Source: Octopus sinensis
Taxonomy: Eukaryota
Direction of reading: 5' to 3'
Length of the DNA: 64,000 bases
NCBI RefSeq assembly: GCF_006345805.1
Contig: NC_043012.1
Coordinates: 44,206,001-44,270,000, forward strand
Shown: in pieces, positions 11,671-25,734 of the stretch
Layout of the letters: each line of letters starts with the position of its first letter
How positions within the stretch are numbered: the first letter of the stretch is position 1
Notes under the pieces: model-generated
Told to the model about the DNA's origin: nothing
What the model saw: only the letters and a program-made list of their open reading frames with translations
Database searches by the model: none
Position numbers and translations under genes: made by a program

Positions 11671-13869
11671 ATGGCTACTGGTCACCACGAGGCTAAGGCG
11701 GAAGTCAAGCGTGACGCCAAAACAAAAAAGCAGGATCCCCTGTCACCATACGCTGAACTTGACTGTTTGAACGCTACTTACACCACCACCACCACCACCA
11801 CCATCAGCACCGACAACAGCAACAACTACAAAACAAAGGTCGCAAGGCCAAGCACCGTCACCGCCACCAATGATTCCACCATCAACACCGACACCACCAG
11901 CATGGCAGCTTCTGCTACTACAACTGCTAATGATACCACTACCAACAACAATAACAATACCAAGATCACCAGACCAATCACCATCACCGCCACCAAAGAC
12001 CGTGCCGTCAATACCAATGCCGCCACTACAATATCTGCTACTACGACTGCCTCCCTTGCTACTAATACCACCGCCGCCACTAAGAACGACAATAACAACA
12101 ACAACAACAACAACAATTCCCTTCAGCCATTGTTCCCTCCATCACCAACAAGTGAAGGAGAGAAAGAAATAACCGCGACCACCAAACGAGTTGCCGAAAT
12201 TTGCGCAAACGCAGGGGCAAATTATGCAGACAACTTTCCACCCCTTGCTAGTTGCATAATCAGCAACCATAAACCTAATATGCCCATAACCCACACCCCT
12301 GCCATCAACACCAACACCACCAGCAGTAACAACAATAACAAAACAATAACAAACTTCGCCGAGGCGATAAAAGAAAAAAAAACAATAGTATCGTTTACTG
12401 CACAGCAGATAAAAGACACCAGAGCCCTAATCACCAAAGAAAACGGCAATGTGTATACCACAACACGTACTGAATGAGGAAAAAAAGAAAACGATTATTT
12501 ATAAAATAACAAACAACACAACTAAAAGTCCAGAAAAAGCAAACACAGACAAAATAGAAAAATGCCTACGCCCCATCTGGGGATACAAAGAGTATGTAAC
12601 TTGGTCGAACAAGTTTGCCCACGTACAGGTAGTTTTTCAAAATGAAGAGTTAACAAAACAATTCTCAACGCTAACTCTTCATTCAGGTGAGCTAACAATG
12701 ACACCCAGTTACCTTGGCTAGAGGGTAACAAAAGTCATTATCAATAATGTTCCGCAAATAACAGACACACTATGGATAACATCCGCCATATGCGTCGAAA
12801 TGGAGGACATAAACATCCTGCAAATCGCTGTTTCGAAACACAAGGACTGGGTGGGAAAGAGACTGGAGATTCTCCTCCACATAAGCCAAGACGGCATTAA
12901 CAAAATTCCCACCCACATACATCTTGCGGAAGACCACAAGTTGTATGTAGTAGTCGAGGGCAGAAGGCTATGCTGCTATACATGCGGCAGTGAAACAAAC
13001 CTCAAAAAGGAGTGCAAATCTGCCGCGAAACAACAACAACAACAACAGCCGCAGGAAAAACCACAAAAGCCAGCATTATTGCCCACACCATAGGATGGAC
13101 TATATGCAGAAATACATGAAAAGCAACAAAGAACGGACGAACCCAACCAAACAATACCACCACCTGCGCCAAGAACAGAATCAACACCACCAACAACAAC
13201 TAAACCAATTCCAACATCGAGAACAACAACGAAGAAGACAAGCACCAAGGATGTAGAAGAGACAATCACCACACCAAACCCCCCAGCAACACCCCCCAGC
13301 ACACCACAACAATATCTACAACTGCACAAACAGACCCAGATACTTTGCCCTAACCCCCTTCTGATTCGTCGGACTTTTCATCTAACGATGAAAGTTCGAC
13401 AGAATGGCAAATAGCCACCGGGGATAAAAGAAAAAGATTAAAAAAAAACAAACAAGAAAACGCAACCAAAGCAGGGAAATATCTGAACCCTGAAAGCTCC
13501 ATACATAACCAAACAAGCACCAACACCACAAAAACACTCACAATGCTATCAGCGATAGACACCAAAAACTCCAAACTAATGGAGTACATCACAGCCCACA
13601 CAAACATCTGTGAAGATGACTTCAAAACTAACAACCATCCACGCACTACACCACCCAAACACATCAAAATACTACATATCACAAAAACACAACACCACAC
13701 ACTCAAAGCCCTCTTTCCAAATGCGGTTGGGGGGTTCCAAAAATATCTCTCAAGAAAACTGTACAAAAACCTCCTCCAAGACACATCAAAGGACGAGGAA
13801 GCCAAAACTTTCGACACAAGTAACTCTCTGTACCTTCCTTTTTGTGTTTTAAAGCACACACCCCAATAG
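11671..13869 (+). pseudogene. LINE ORF1 (gag-like RNA-binding protein), disrupted
   Basis: About 730 codons across ORFs 11671, 12449, 12800 and 13543; Thr/Asn-rich N-terminus, RRM-like HVQVVF...TKVIINNVP, degenerate knuckle CYTCGSETNLKKEC; has in-frame stops and frameshifts. Confidence 0.8.
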
Positions 13870-13873
13870 AATC

Positions 13874-16800
13874 ATGGTCAAGATTGGTTGTGTGAATGCG
13901 CGTGGCTTGGGGTCTCCTTGGAAACAAGGATACCTCCTAAATGACATCAAGTCACACGATTTGGGAATCATAGCCATAAGTGAGACCAGACTCCACGAGC
14001 CACGGACCCTAAAGTCCATGTTTGGCGGACATTTTTTACATTTATTTTGCTCCCTGTCTGCCGAGGATGGGCGGCAGTGGCACCGCGGTACTTTTTCACG
14101 AGAACCTGGATCTCGAAGTCAAGACGATATTCGTAGACCCGGAGGGTAGACTGGTCGTTCTGGATGTCGACGGCAGCAATGGGTGCGCTTTTCGACTCGT
14201 ATCAGTCTACGCACCGCCTTTAACAGGTCGCCCGGATTTCTTTCGACGTCTAGAAGTATTCCTGGAAACGTCTCGTCCTTTACTTTTAGTGGGGGATTGG
14301 AATGCTACCTTGGACACGCATCTAGACTATGTGGGGAGAGACAAAAACAGAAGGGGATGCAAATGCCTCAGAGACCTGCTCAGACGATTCCAACTGTCTG
14401 ACAGGTACCGACTCGACCACCCAAATGCACCAACATGGACATGGAGCAACCGCAGTGAGTCGTCGAGATCGTATCTAGATAGGATACTGTGTAGGACAGT
14501 AGACAGGGATGACTTAGGATGTCCACAATTCCACACAGTCAGCTACACGGATCACAAATTCGTGACGTGTACGCTAGACTTAGATAAGGCACATAGACAG
14601 GGTCCCGGTTACTGGAAACTGAACGCATCTTTCCCGTCCAGACAGGTTTTCAGAGACAGAATCAACACGTTAGTAAAAAGGGCTTTAACGGGAGCCATTG
14701 TCAACAACAAATGGTGGTTTGCCCTCAAGAGAGCAGTAAAAGCGGAAGCAATTAGATATAGCAAGGCACTAGCCGTAGATAGAAATAGAGTAGAGGGTGA
14801 GTTAGTTAAGAAGTTAGAAGAGGCAATAAGAAGCGGCATCACATCCGACGTTTTAGCGGCGAGGTTGGCCCTTGACCAACACTTCAACGCCAAACACGAA
14901 GGATGTGCTGTCAAGGCTAGGATGCGTGCTCTAAGGATGGAATGTATTGGAGCCGCGGCGAGCTGGGAGAAGCGTTAGCACGCCGGGCGAAATGCTTTGC
15001 GGTATTTCGTCTACCTTTACGTTGTGAGTTCAAATTCCGCCGAGGTCGACTTTGCCTTTCATCCTTTTGGGGTCGATAAATTAAGCACCAGTTACGCATT
15101 AGGGTCGATGTAATCGACTTAATACCTATGTCTGTCCTTGTTTGTCCCCTCTATGTTTAGCCCCTTGTGGGTAATAAAGAAATAGGTATTGGAGCCGCGA
15201 GGGAGGCCCGGGTGGAGGAGGCGTAGCAGGGCAACAAAGCCACCATTCGGTCTCTGGTAGATGAACAAGGGCGCGAATTGCTCGAGCCCAGCAAGATGTG
15301 CGAGACATTTCAGCGGCACTTTGCCCGACTGTACGGGACGAGTGGCGAGCGTGAACGCAGGGTGGACTTCAGTGCCTACCTGCACAGCCTACCACGAGTC
15401 TCGGCAAGAGAGGCAGAGTGCTGCGAGGGTGCCATCACGGCGGCGGATGTGCGGGACGCAATGGCAGAATGCTCGAGAGACAAATCGCCGGGTTTAGATG
15501 GTCTGCCCTACGAGTTTTACAATTGTATGCCAGACTTGTTTGGAGACGTCTTGGCAGCGGTATACTGCAACTGGCAGCAAAACGGGAGCATACCCGGTTT
15601 TGTGAGTCGAGAGGCCGTAACGCTGCTGAAGAAAGATCCAAACAAGGGGGACATTATAGATAACTTTAGACCAATCACCCTGCTCAATGCAGACCAGAAA
15701 ATTTTGACCAAGGTGTTAGCCAAGAGGTTGGCCCTTCTCATCGAGAAACTGGTCGACAAGGCACAAACGTGCGCCGTGCCGGGCCGGAGCATCCATGACG
15801 ACCTCCATCTGATGCGCTACATCATAGACAGAGTAGTTAAGGAACCCGGCATGGGTGGGGCCCTGATCAATTTGGATCAATCGAAAGCCTTCGATAGGGT
15901 AGACCATCGATACTTGGAGGCAGACTTGAGAGCGGCTGGTTTCGGTCCCGTCTTCCGCGGCTGGATAGCTTCCTTGTACAGAGGCATCCGTTCGGTAGTT
16001 CGCGTAAATGGACATCTATCGAGACCTTTCGACATTGCACGTTCGGTCCGTCAGGGATGCCCCCTCTCGTCGCTTCTATACGTATTGACTCTCGAGACAC
16101 TACTGCGGAAGCTGGCGACTCTGAGGGGCATCCCGCGAGAATTGGGATGCGTGACGAGCGTGTCTGCATACGCGGACGACGTCACCGTCATAGTGTCTAG
16201 CCACGAGCACATCAAGCTGGTCGGCGAGACACTGAAAGACTACGAAGCGGTGACAGGAGCAAAAATCAACCGGGAAAAGTCAGTGGGCTTGCGGCTCCGC
16301 ACCTGGAGAAGCAAGCCCATGTCGTCCACCAGTACCTCCGTCGTGGGACCCTGGACGGACGACCCGGTTGAGTTGCTCGGGGTCTGGTTCGGTCCGGACC
16401 TCCAAATAGAGAAGAACTGGAACGAGATAACGAGTAGGGTGGTCACTCTCGCCCGGCAATGGGCCGAGAGGAAACTGTCCCTAAAAGGTCGGGCGGAGGT
16501 GGCGAACACGTACATTGCGTCCATCATCTACTACCGCCTGTACGTCGTACCTTGTCCCGACCCTACCATTACCAAACTAGAACGCATTCTCTTCCGCTTC
16601 TTGTGGAAAGGATGCGTCCCGATGGTCAGACGATCCATTTGCTGTCAACACCCGTTAAAAGGAGGTGCTGGGCATGCGTGGTTGATGATGCGCAAACACG
16701 CGCTGAGACTGCGACATCTCCGGCTCTATGTAGACGACGGTGAACAGGTGTGGTCGCCGTTTGTGAGGCACGCATTCTCGCAGCTCGTCTCCATGACCGA

Positions 16801-17538
16801 ACTGCAGTCGTGGATCAAAAAGAGGCCGAGGAAGGGCGAATGGCACCGCGAGTGTCGCGTCGCTCTCAAGCAACTCTGCCGTCCCGGGTCGACCTTGAGT
16901 GACTTCAACACAACCAAAGCATTCTATAGGGGATTAGTGGAGGGGAGGTACGACGACGATCTTGGGGCAAACCTGGGCGTCGACGAGGAATACCTGACAC
17001 GTCTGTTTGAAACGACTTTCGGGCCGGGACCTATGGACAACTTCCAGAAATCCCTGGCCTGGCGGTGCTACCGAGAAGCGCTACCCGTTCGGGATAAGCT
17101 CTTTAGACATGGCTCGAGAAACACGGGGCCGACCTACCCGAGATGCGGGCAGAGCGACGAAACCGTTCTGCACGCAATCGTGCAGTGTCCAACAATCTCC
17201 GACCTGTGGGCTTATGTCGAACGACTGCAGTCACGTGTAGGACGTGTCGGTTTATCAGCCGAGTCTATCGTTAATATCGTCACGCCTCCTTCCTTCAAAC
17301 GGGAAGGAAGAGCTATTTTTACCATACAGAATGTATCTGGTGGACGCACCTGAAAGGATTAGAGACAAACACTTTCCTCTCTGGTCAATCTCTCATCAAC
17401 TTCTTCAAGTATCACTTGAAGAGGAAAGTGAGAGTAGAGAGGCAAGTTTTGTCTAGTGAATGTTTTAAAAAAAGATGGGTGAATGCAGCAAGGATGGCAC
17501 GTATGAATGACAAAGTCACCTTGACTATGATCCTATGA
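13874..17538 (+). pseudogene. LINE ORF2: AP endonuclease, reverse transcriptase and C-terminal zinc finger
   Basis: NARGL, ISETRL, GDWNA, SYLDRI, TDHK, GPGYWKLNAS (L1/Tx1 hallmark), KSPGLDG, FRPITLLN, DQSKAFDRV, RQGCPLS, AYADD, PRCGQSDETVLHAIVQC. Frameshifts near 14025 and 17320, one TAG and a SINE insertion. Confidence 0.95.
14958..15185 (+). mobile_element. tRNA-derived SINE, family B, inside LINE ORF2
   Basis: GCGAGCTGG...GAGTTCAAATTCC...GTCGACTTTGCCTTTCATCC...; flanked by the 14-bp duplication GTATTGGAGCCGCG (14944-14957 and 15186-15199). Confidence 0.95.
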
Positions 17539-17890
17539 ACCGTAAAAATTAATACAGAGAATTGCTTATTTGTAAAAAAAAGATATATATATATAACATG
17601 TGACTTCATTGACCGAGGTTACCGTGGTCTTTTCCGTAGGCTTTTCTTTCCACGGGTAAACCTCACCTGTCCTCCCCTTTACACTTTATATTGACATTTC
17701 TGTGATAACGATCCCTATTGATCGATTTTCTTTTCCTTTTCCTTTTTTTATCCCCCCCTTTTGTCCTCTTTCTTTCCTTTTACGATCCCTTTTGATCGAA
17801 TTCCAAACCCCCTTTTTATCCCCAAAAGAAAAGCTCTACCTTGTAATTTGTCCTGTCTGTGTGCAGCCCTGTGTGGCTAAGAAAGAAACA

Positions 17891-18380
<490 letters not shown>

Positions 18381-18679
18381 ATATTATTGGTACGTATGAA
18401 TACTTACATATTTAAGTTAATTCACACACAGTACGCTTGCACATTTAATACAAGGAGGTATTGATGTTTAAAAATGTCATTTACTTGCTTCTCTTTTTAC
18501 CGATACACACAGCTTCAATGGTTCTGTGCAATACGTATTATCATCTTCATCCCTCAACATTTTCCTGATCCGTTTACTCCCTCTTCTCACTATTATCATC
18601 ATTATAAAATTATAATCCCTTTAGTTTGGAAATTCTTCTTCTTCCTCTTCTTACTTTTTCATACTTCTTACTTTTCCAT

Positions 18680-18786
18680 TCTTCTTCTTCTTCTTCTTCT
18701 TCTTCTTCTTCTTCTTCTTCTTCTTCTTTCTTCTTCTTCTTCTTCTTCTTCTTCTTCTTCTTCTTCTTTTGCTGCTGCTGCTGCTG
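18680..18786. repeat. (CTT)n/(GCT)n microsatellite
   Basis: Directly visible. Confidence 0.95.
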
Positions 18787-21153
18787 TGAAGACTCTTCTA
18801 AATTCCATCTTTTCTTTTTCCTTCGACCAATGCTGAGCTTATAAAGGCAAATTAATTTAATATTATTCCAAGATTGTGCAAGGAAACAAAAATCTATATT
18901 TGCTTAAATATAAATTTAGAGACAACATACCGAAAATATAAAGAAATGGGCAAAAAACAAAGACTGTTAGGATATTTTAGAAAAAAAAAAATTTAATTCT
19001 AACCAGAATTTTAATTGAATAAAAATAACAGGGAAAAAAATCAGTTTTTGATTTTATGATCGATTTTATAAGAATGGTACTCATATATTTGTCCACACAC
19101 TGTAATTGAAGTATTAGTGTCTAATTTAGGAATAGAAGAAGAACGGCAGAATGGTATGTCTGAAAATATTGTCCTTCCTCTTGTTGTCTGAAATACTTTA
19201 TTGTCTGTAGAACTGGGATAACATCAAAATTATTGCAATTCCTATTTTCGGTGATGCATAAAGTACTTATTTTCTAATTAGTTACACGCCATATATAATC
19301 AATTTTAGGGTAGGTATAATTGATTTGTTAGATAACAAATTTATCGGTCCTGGAGGAGTGAAGCACACAATCATTTTATCAGTTTATTAAGTATCTAAAT
19401 TAAATTCGATATATGGACAGTCAACTAGTACTAGTTAAAGTGTATATATTAAACAGCTTTAATGTTTAATGAAGGACAAAGTGTTATAGTTTAGAGAGAG
19501 GAGAACTGAAATTTACTATGTTCACCACTTTACAAATAACATAAGGGCTGTAGGGGATGTGAAATGGATTCCGCTACCCATTGCCCGTACTTAATTTTTG
19601 TTCAAAGTTGCTCTCTGCTTTCCTGCTGTTTGAAAAAGTTAGTTGAGGAGAAAGCGCCCATTACCTACGTCCGTCCTCCCACAAAATTGGATTAAAGTCA
19701 ACTAAAGCACAAAGTACAGCCCGACAATGGTACTCTCTACCCATCCATTATCTGCCGACGAACCGGACAAAATACTTAGAGGTATTTCTTTTGGCTTTAC
19801 GTTTAGAATTCAAATTCCGCTGAGATCGGCTTTGCCTATCGTCCTTTCGGAGTCGATAGATTAAGCCATGGGGCAATATAATGGACTTACTCCTCCCCAC
19901 AAATTTCCGGCCAGGCCTTGTACCTATGTTAGAGAGAACCGTTTGACAAGATAGTGAAATACAAGTGCTGATTGTGATATAATAGACAGAATATATTTTT
20001 TCTAGATCATTCCGCAGACCAAACGTTATAACTATATTAAATATGACACGTTCTTTTTTGAAATTTTAATTATTTAACGCCAAGAAACAGGAAATCAATA
20101 AGAGCAAATTGCTTATTCATAATTAAAGTAAGGGGAAAAAGTGCAAATTTTCGCCTTTTTGTTTTTCATTCAACTTTTAGAATAAACTCTTATAATTTAC
20201 TATTAGTACGATGGTAAATGTAGCCCTGAAAAAAAACTTTATGGTGTGTCCTCATAATCCCCTAAGCACGTGCTTGTTTTGTTTAGTGGTTAATCTAGCC
20301 TTGCCCTCTCAGTCTGGCAAGGGCGACATAGCTGATGCTCAACCTAAACATTTGCTTGCCATTGTCTACCGATGAAAGCGGGGTACCATGAGGTCAGTCA
20401 GAATTGTTGTAAAAGAGTGAATTAAAAGCACGGAATACTCTTGTTCGGCACCGAACTAATTCTGCCATCGTCCACCAATACACTCACACATAATTTCAAA
20501 AAGTCAAGACTTTATATTGTATGATATTTAATATATTTTGTTGTTTAATATATTTTGTTTAATATATTTTGTTGTTACATGTCACTGGCATCTCTGAGTT
20601 ATTCCTCATTTTCTTGTGTGTGTGTGTGTGGTGTGTGTGTGTGTGTGTGAAATAAACTTACGAGATGCCTTATTTTCGTTTTCTTTCAAGTAAACACATT
20701 TTAAGCATAGCTTTGAAAGCTAGATATCATATAGTTTAATCAAATACTTTTTCTCTAAGAAATCTGACTTAGCTTTTTTACGACCTCATCAGAGATCATT
20801 AATTCATTTCTCTGGCCACACAGAAACTAGAAGCCACAAGCTACTGATGGAACACGGGAATTTGAATAGAACGAAACGGTTTGTCCCAACTTGCATAACA
20901 ATGCAATCGTTGAAAACGTGAAATCACAGAAGCACTACACAGCTTCTTTTTTTTTTTGACCGAGATATAACAGAAACTTATGAATGTATAACTTTTTTAG
21001 CAAATATACATTTTCAACCTTCCTGCTCTGATTGTAGAGGAGGAAACATGTGATTTAACCAAAAACCACCTATTTTTCACAGCGAGATTTAAAACGTTTG
21101 CCTCCCCCTCTCTCTCTATGTATATATGTGTGTGTGTGTGTATGTGTGTGTGT

Positions 21154-21197
<44 letters not shown>

Positions 21198-21956
21198 CCT
21201 ATTGTAATTCTGCCTGTCATTCTGTTACTTAGCCCGTCGGTAAAGCTTTAATGTAATTAGAGAAAAAGAGGGAGAAAGAAAGGAGGGAGAGAGAAAAAGA
21301 GGGAGGGAGAAACGTACATGACGTGAGGTGGAGGGAATGTAATTGTAACGCTTTCACGTGATCAGCTGAATGGAAAGAGAAGAGAAAGAAAAAGAAGATA
21401 AGGCGAAGAGAAAAAGAGGATAAGGCGAAGAGTGAGACAGAAAGAGGGAGAGAGAAGCGTCCATGACGTAAGCTTGGGGAAACGTAATATTTATTACATG
21501 GTTAAAATGTTAGTTGAAGGTAGTGATGATATAGAGGAAGAGAGAGTGGTGTTCTGACGGTGAAGCTAAAGAAAGGCAGACATGGAGAAAGAGGAGGGAG
21601 AAAGACGGTGATGGTGGTGGTGGTGGTGGTGGTGGTGGTGGTGGAGATGGTGATGGTAGTGGAGGTGTTGCTGGAGATGACAGTGGTGGCGGTGGTGACT
21701 GGATAGTGAAAGTGTATTTTCTTTTAATTGAACTAAATTTTTTATATCACCTATCACTTAACGCATGCGCATAAGTGCAATTCCGTGAAATATTCATACT
21801 TAGCTACATGGCAGATATATGCAATTTAACTAAAGGTTGTACCATATGTACGGGATTTTTTTTGTTTATGGGAAAAATGAAAAAGATAAGAGTGAGTATT
21901 TATTTTATGAGTGCTGTGTATGAAGTCTATAAAATCGTGCATAAAATATATAAAGG

Positions 21957-22004
<48 letters not shown>

Positions 22005-22196
22005 ATATAAAGCGCATTAAAAAAACATTGTGTTCCAATTTCTTTCACTTTTCAATGAGTAGAAGATGAGTGACTATCTTTCCATAAAGACACAACACAG
22101 GCTACGCTTTCAGGGTTTGGGATAAAATTTTCAGAAATAACCCAATAGGTTTACTATTAATTCCATGAAATATTCACGGGCGCTGCTAGTATATAT

Positions 22197-22670
22197 AATT
22201 AAGTTAGCAGAGGTTTAGCAATGTATCACCAAAAAGGAAAACAGAAGTTGTTAGAACACATACAACTCTAGAAATAAGAGCTAAAGTGTTCTTGTGCTGC
22301 AGTCAACACACATAATTGTATACATACTGACAGCGACCGTAAAAGGCCGAAAGTGATAGTCGTGATATTCCTATACCGTCGACTGTTTCGGCTTTTAAGA
22401 CCGAAGCTTCTTCAGCAGGGTCGACATAACTCGCCAGATTCCGGATAAGATCGCCACCAGTATATATGTCTCTGCTCCATAGAAATCTATGGATGATTTA
22501 GCGAATCGTTAATGTGTATACAAATAATTAAGTCAGGCAGCGGTTTAGAAATGTATCACCAAAAAGGAAAACTATAATTGTCATTAAATATGACGGAGGG
22601 TGTTAGAATACCTACAATGCTAGAAGTAGCAGCTAAAGTGCTCTGACGCTGCAGTCAACTCACATAATTG
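22197..22670. repeat. imperfect direct-repeat pair flanking a hammerhead-like motif
   Basis: AATTAAGT...AATGTATCACCAAAAAGGAAAAC...GCTGCAGTCAAC.CACATAATTGT occurs at ~22197-22320 and ~22527-22670. Confidence 0.75.
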
Positions 22671-22734
22671 TGTGTGTGTGCGCGCGCGTTTGTGTGTATG
22701 TGTGTATACATACATATATATATATATATATATC

Positions 22735-23143
22735 TTTTTTTTCTCTTTTATTTGTTTGTCATTTGACTGCAGCCATGCTGGAGCACCGCCTTTAGTCGAG
22801 CAAATCGACCCCAGGACTTATTCTTTGGAAGCCTAGTACTTATTCTATTGGTCTCTTTTGCCGAACCGCTAAGTTACAGGGAGTAAACACACGGCCATCG
22901 GTTGTCAAGCGATGTTGGGGAGACAAACACAGACAAACAAACATATACACACACACATACATATATACATACATATATACGACGGGCTTCTTTCAGTTTC
23001 CGTCTACCAAATCCACTCACAAAGCTTTGGTCGGACCGTGGCTATAGTAGAAGGCACTTTTCCAAGGTGCCACGCAGTGCGAATGAACCTAGAACCGTGT
23101 GGTTGGTAAGCAAGCTACTTACCACACAGCCACTCCTGCGCCT
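22735..23143 (-). mobile_element. SINE family A
   Basis: Full reverse copy with head and tail. Confidence 0.92.
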
Positions 23144-23156
23144 ACATTCCACACAG

Positions 23157-23468
<312 letters not shown>

Positions 23469-23570
23469 GTTAGCAGTTGAAGTAACCGACTAAGGGATAA
23501 AATATCCGTATGTACTATTAATGTCCGTTACCTGTGTTATCCCCGGGCAATGGTTGTGCAGGAACCAATG

Positions 23571-24004
23571 CAAATAATTAGAAAATGGAGAAAAACAGAT
23601 TAACCAGTACATCGATAGGACCACATTTAAAGCTTGTTTATTGATACAAAGCAAGACGCAACAAAGCTAACAGTTGTTTCTGATCAAAATTCGCAGAGTG
23701 CAGTCAATACATAAATGCGAGAATAAAATTCTTCATCTTGATAGGGCGTTCAAATTAAGGCAACCGATTTTCATCAGAGTGAAAAACAAGAGCACTCTGA
23801 TGAAGATCGGTTGCCTTAATTCCAACGCCCTATCAAGATGAAGAATTTTATTCGCGCATTTAGGTATAGACTGTACTCTGCGAATTTTGATCAGAAACAA
23901 CTGTTAGCTTTGTTGCGTCTTGCTTTGTATCAATAAACAAGCTTTAAATGTGGTCCTATCGATGTACTGGTTAATATATGTTTTCTCCATTTTCTAATTA
24001 TTTG
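23571..24004. repeat. 434-bp fold-back element (two ~211-bp arms, 11-nt spacer)
   Basis: 23571-23781 is a near-perfect reverse complement of 23793-24004; followed by TA. Confidence 0.95.
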
Positions 24005-24279
24005 TATTATATATATATATAACACGTTTAAGTCTGTATTGCATTTCTATTCATATAAAGATGAATCAAGGAACATAAAACCCATGGTATAATTACTGTG
24101 TATTTCTCTACGAGGATAAAATTGTTATTAAAAAAATATATTCTACAGTCAAATTTTCAAAAAGTGCTAAGTAGTATGAATTAAATTATTCAAAGTGTGT
24201 GCGCAGGTACTGTTATGCAAATTGACTAATCAGCTTAACTGATTTCTAAGTTGTATGCACAACAAACAGCTGTAGGGTA

Positions 24280-24563
24280 GAAATCTTTCTGTGGACAAAA
24301 TATGAGTATTCTGTTTCTGATAAAGGCCTAAAAAGATTTAAAACTAATCAGATCAGTCCCTGAGAGAGATAAAACTTATGGGACTGTCACTCTGTTTACT
24401 TTTATTGCTAGTCGAAAAATGTATGCATGTCGATAAAGATATCTTTTAGATTTCTAATTATAATTAGAAATTATCTCTCTCGGGGACTGATCTGATTAGT
24501 TTTAAGTCTTTTTAGACCTTTATAAGGAACAGAATACTCATATTTTGTTCACAGAAAGATTTC
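24280..24563. mobile_element. MITE-like element with ~92-bp inverted arms
   Basis: GAAATCTTTCTGTG...GAGAGATAA versus TTATCTCTC...CACAGAAAGATTTC. Confidence 0.8.
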
Positions 24564-24839
24564 AGGTTAAAAAAGAAAGTACAAGTAAAGTAAGACATGT
24601 TTCTGGGTCAAAAATTGTCCTGATTCTGATTCTGACCGTTATTTCTCCAGATTAGGCACTGTTTTCCCGTACCATGAACCATATGTTTTATAATATACTG
24701 CATAATATTGCCTATTGAACACAACATTGCAAATACTGAAAGTTACAGAAAACAAAACAAAAAATTTAGTTGTATCAAAACATATATTGGTTTTGAATTA
24801 AAAACACACCTCACAGTTTAAACAACTTTTGCCCTTCTA

Positions 24840-25340
24840 AGCCTCTTGTGCGGAGTGTGATCTTCTGTTTTTTATACCCCAGCAGTAGTGTGCCAGCATG
24901 CCAGGGTTCTATTTTCCTTTGAATCGTCGCTCCATCACTGAAATATCCTGATGGAATCTTTCACCATGTTCATCACTCACATCACCAAGATTTTCCGCAA
25001 AAAAATCAAAATGAGAGTGAAGTACATGAACCTTTAGAGACATGTTACATCCCATGTCATGATAATGACACAGCAGATAATTCACAACTTGCACATAGTC
25101 TTCTGAACGATGGTTGCCCAGGAAGTTATAGCAAACTTTCTTGAAGGACTCAAAGGCAAGCTTCTCTTGTCTCTTGAGATGAATCAGGTATGACTTATCT
25201 TGGTCTCCTAAGTAACAATCGAAATACGCCTTGTAATATTTTCTTGATATGGCGTGTAATATTGCACTTTTCTTTAGCAAAAGTCAATTCCCACAGATAT
25301 AACAGAATCTGTTTGGATCATTTTGGCACTGTCTTGCACT
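24840..25340 (-). mobile_element. internally deleted DNA transposase, probably Chapaev3-like (CMC)
   Basis: N-terminal NDPNRFCYICG...AYFDCYLGDQDK fused directly to C-terminal GCNMSLKVHVLHSHFDFFAENLGDVSDEHGERFHQDISVMERRFKGK*NPGMLAHYCW. Transposase origin is strong; superfamily is from memory. Confidence 0.7.
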
Positions 25341-25648
25341 CATTGTTGAAAACAAATAAGATTTGAAAGATAAAAAATAACATTAAACACAAGCTTTGAA
25401 TCACATTGTAGGTGTTACTAAGATTGGTCTCTAGCCCTGGGTTGAAACCCATTTTACAATGCGGTAGAGGATTTTAGTTAATAATAATGTCAAAAAGAAT
25501 ATAGTGACAATTCTGTAGAAGCCATGCCTAATTCAACAAAAAGAAGGCCAGAAATGGATTTTCCATGTCATTTGGCATATAAAAATGGACACAGATCTCT
25601 TGTAATTTTTGAGTGTTGAACAGTGTTATCCAAACACACTCTACAGTG

Positions 25649-25700
<52 letters not shown>

Positions 25701-25734
25701 TACACACACACACATACACACACACAAGGTGGTG

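Larger units (their letters stand above)
11016..17890 (+). mobile_element. near full-length Tx1/L1-clade LINE, inactivated
   Basis: ORF1 with RRM-like region and zinc knuckle, then ORF2 with APE-RT-CCHC, then a pyrimidine-rich 3' UTR ending AAGAAAGAAA. The 5' boundary is inferred. Confidence 0.9.

Noticed and set aside
20770-20885. CTGATGA(G) and CTGATGG...GAAACG hammerhead-like words
   Set aside because: No pairable stem II or correctly spaced GAAA.
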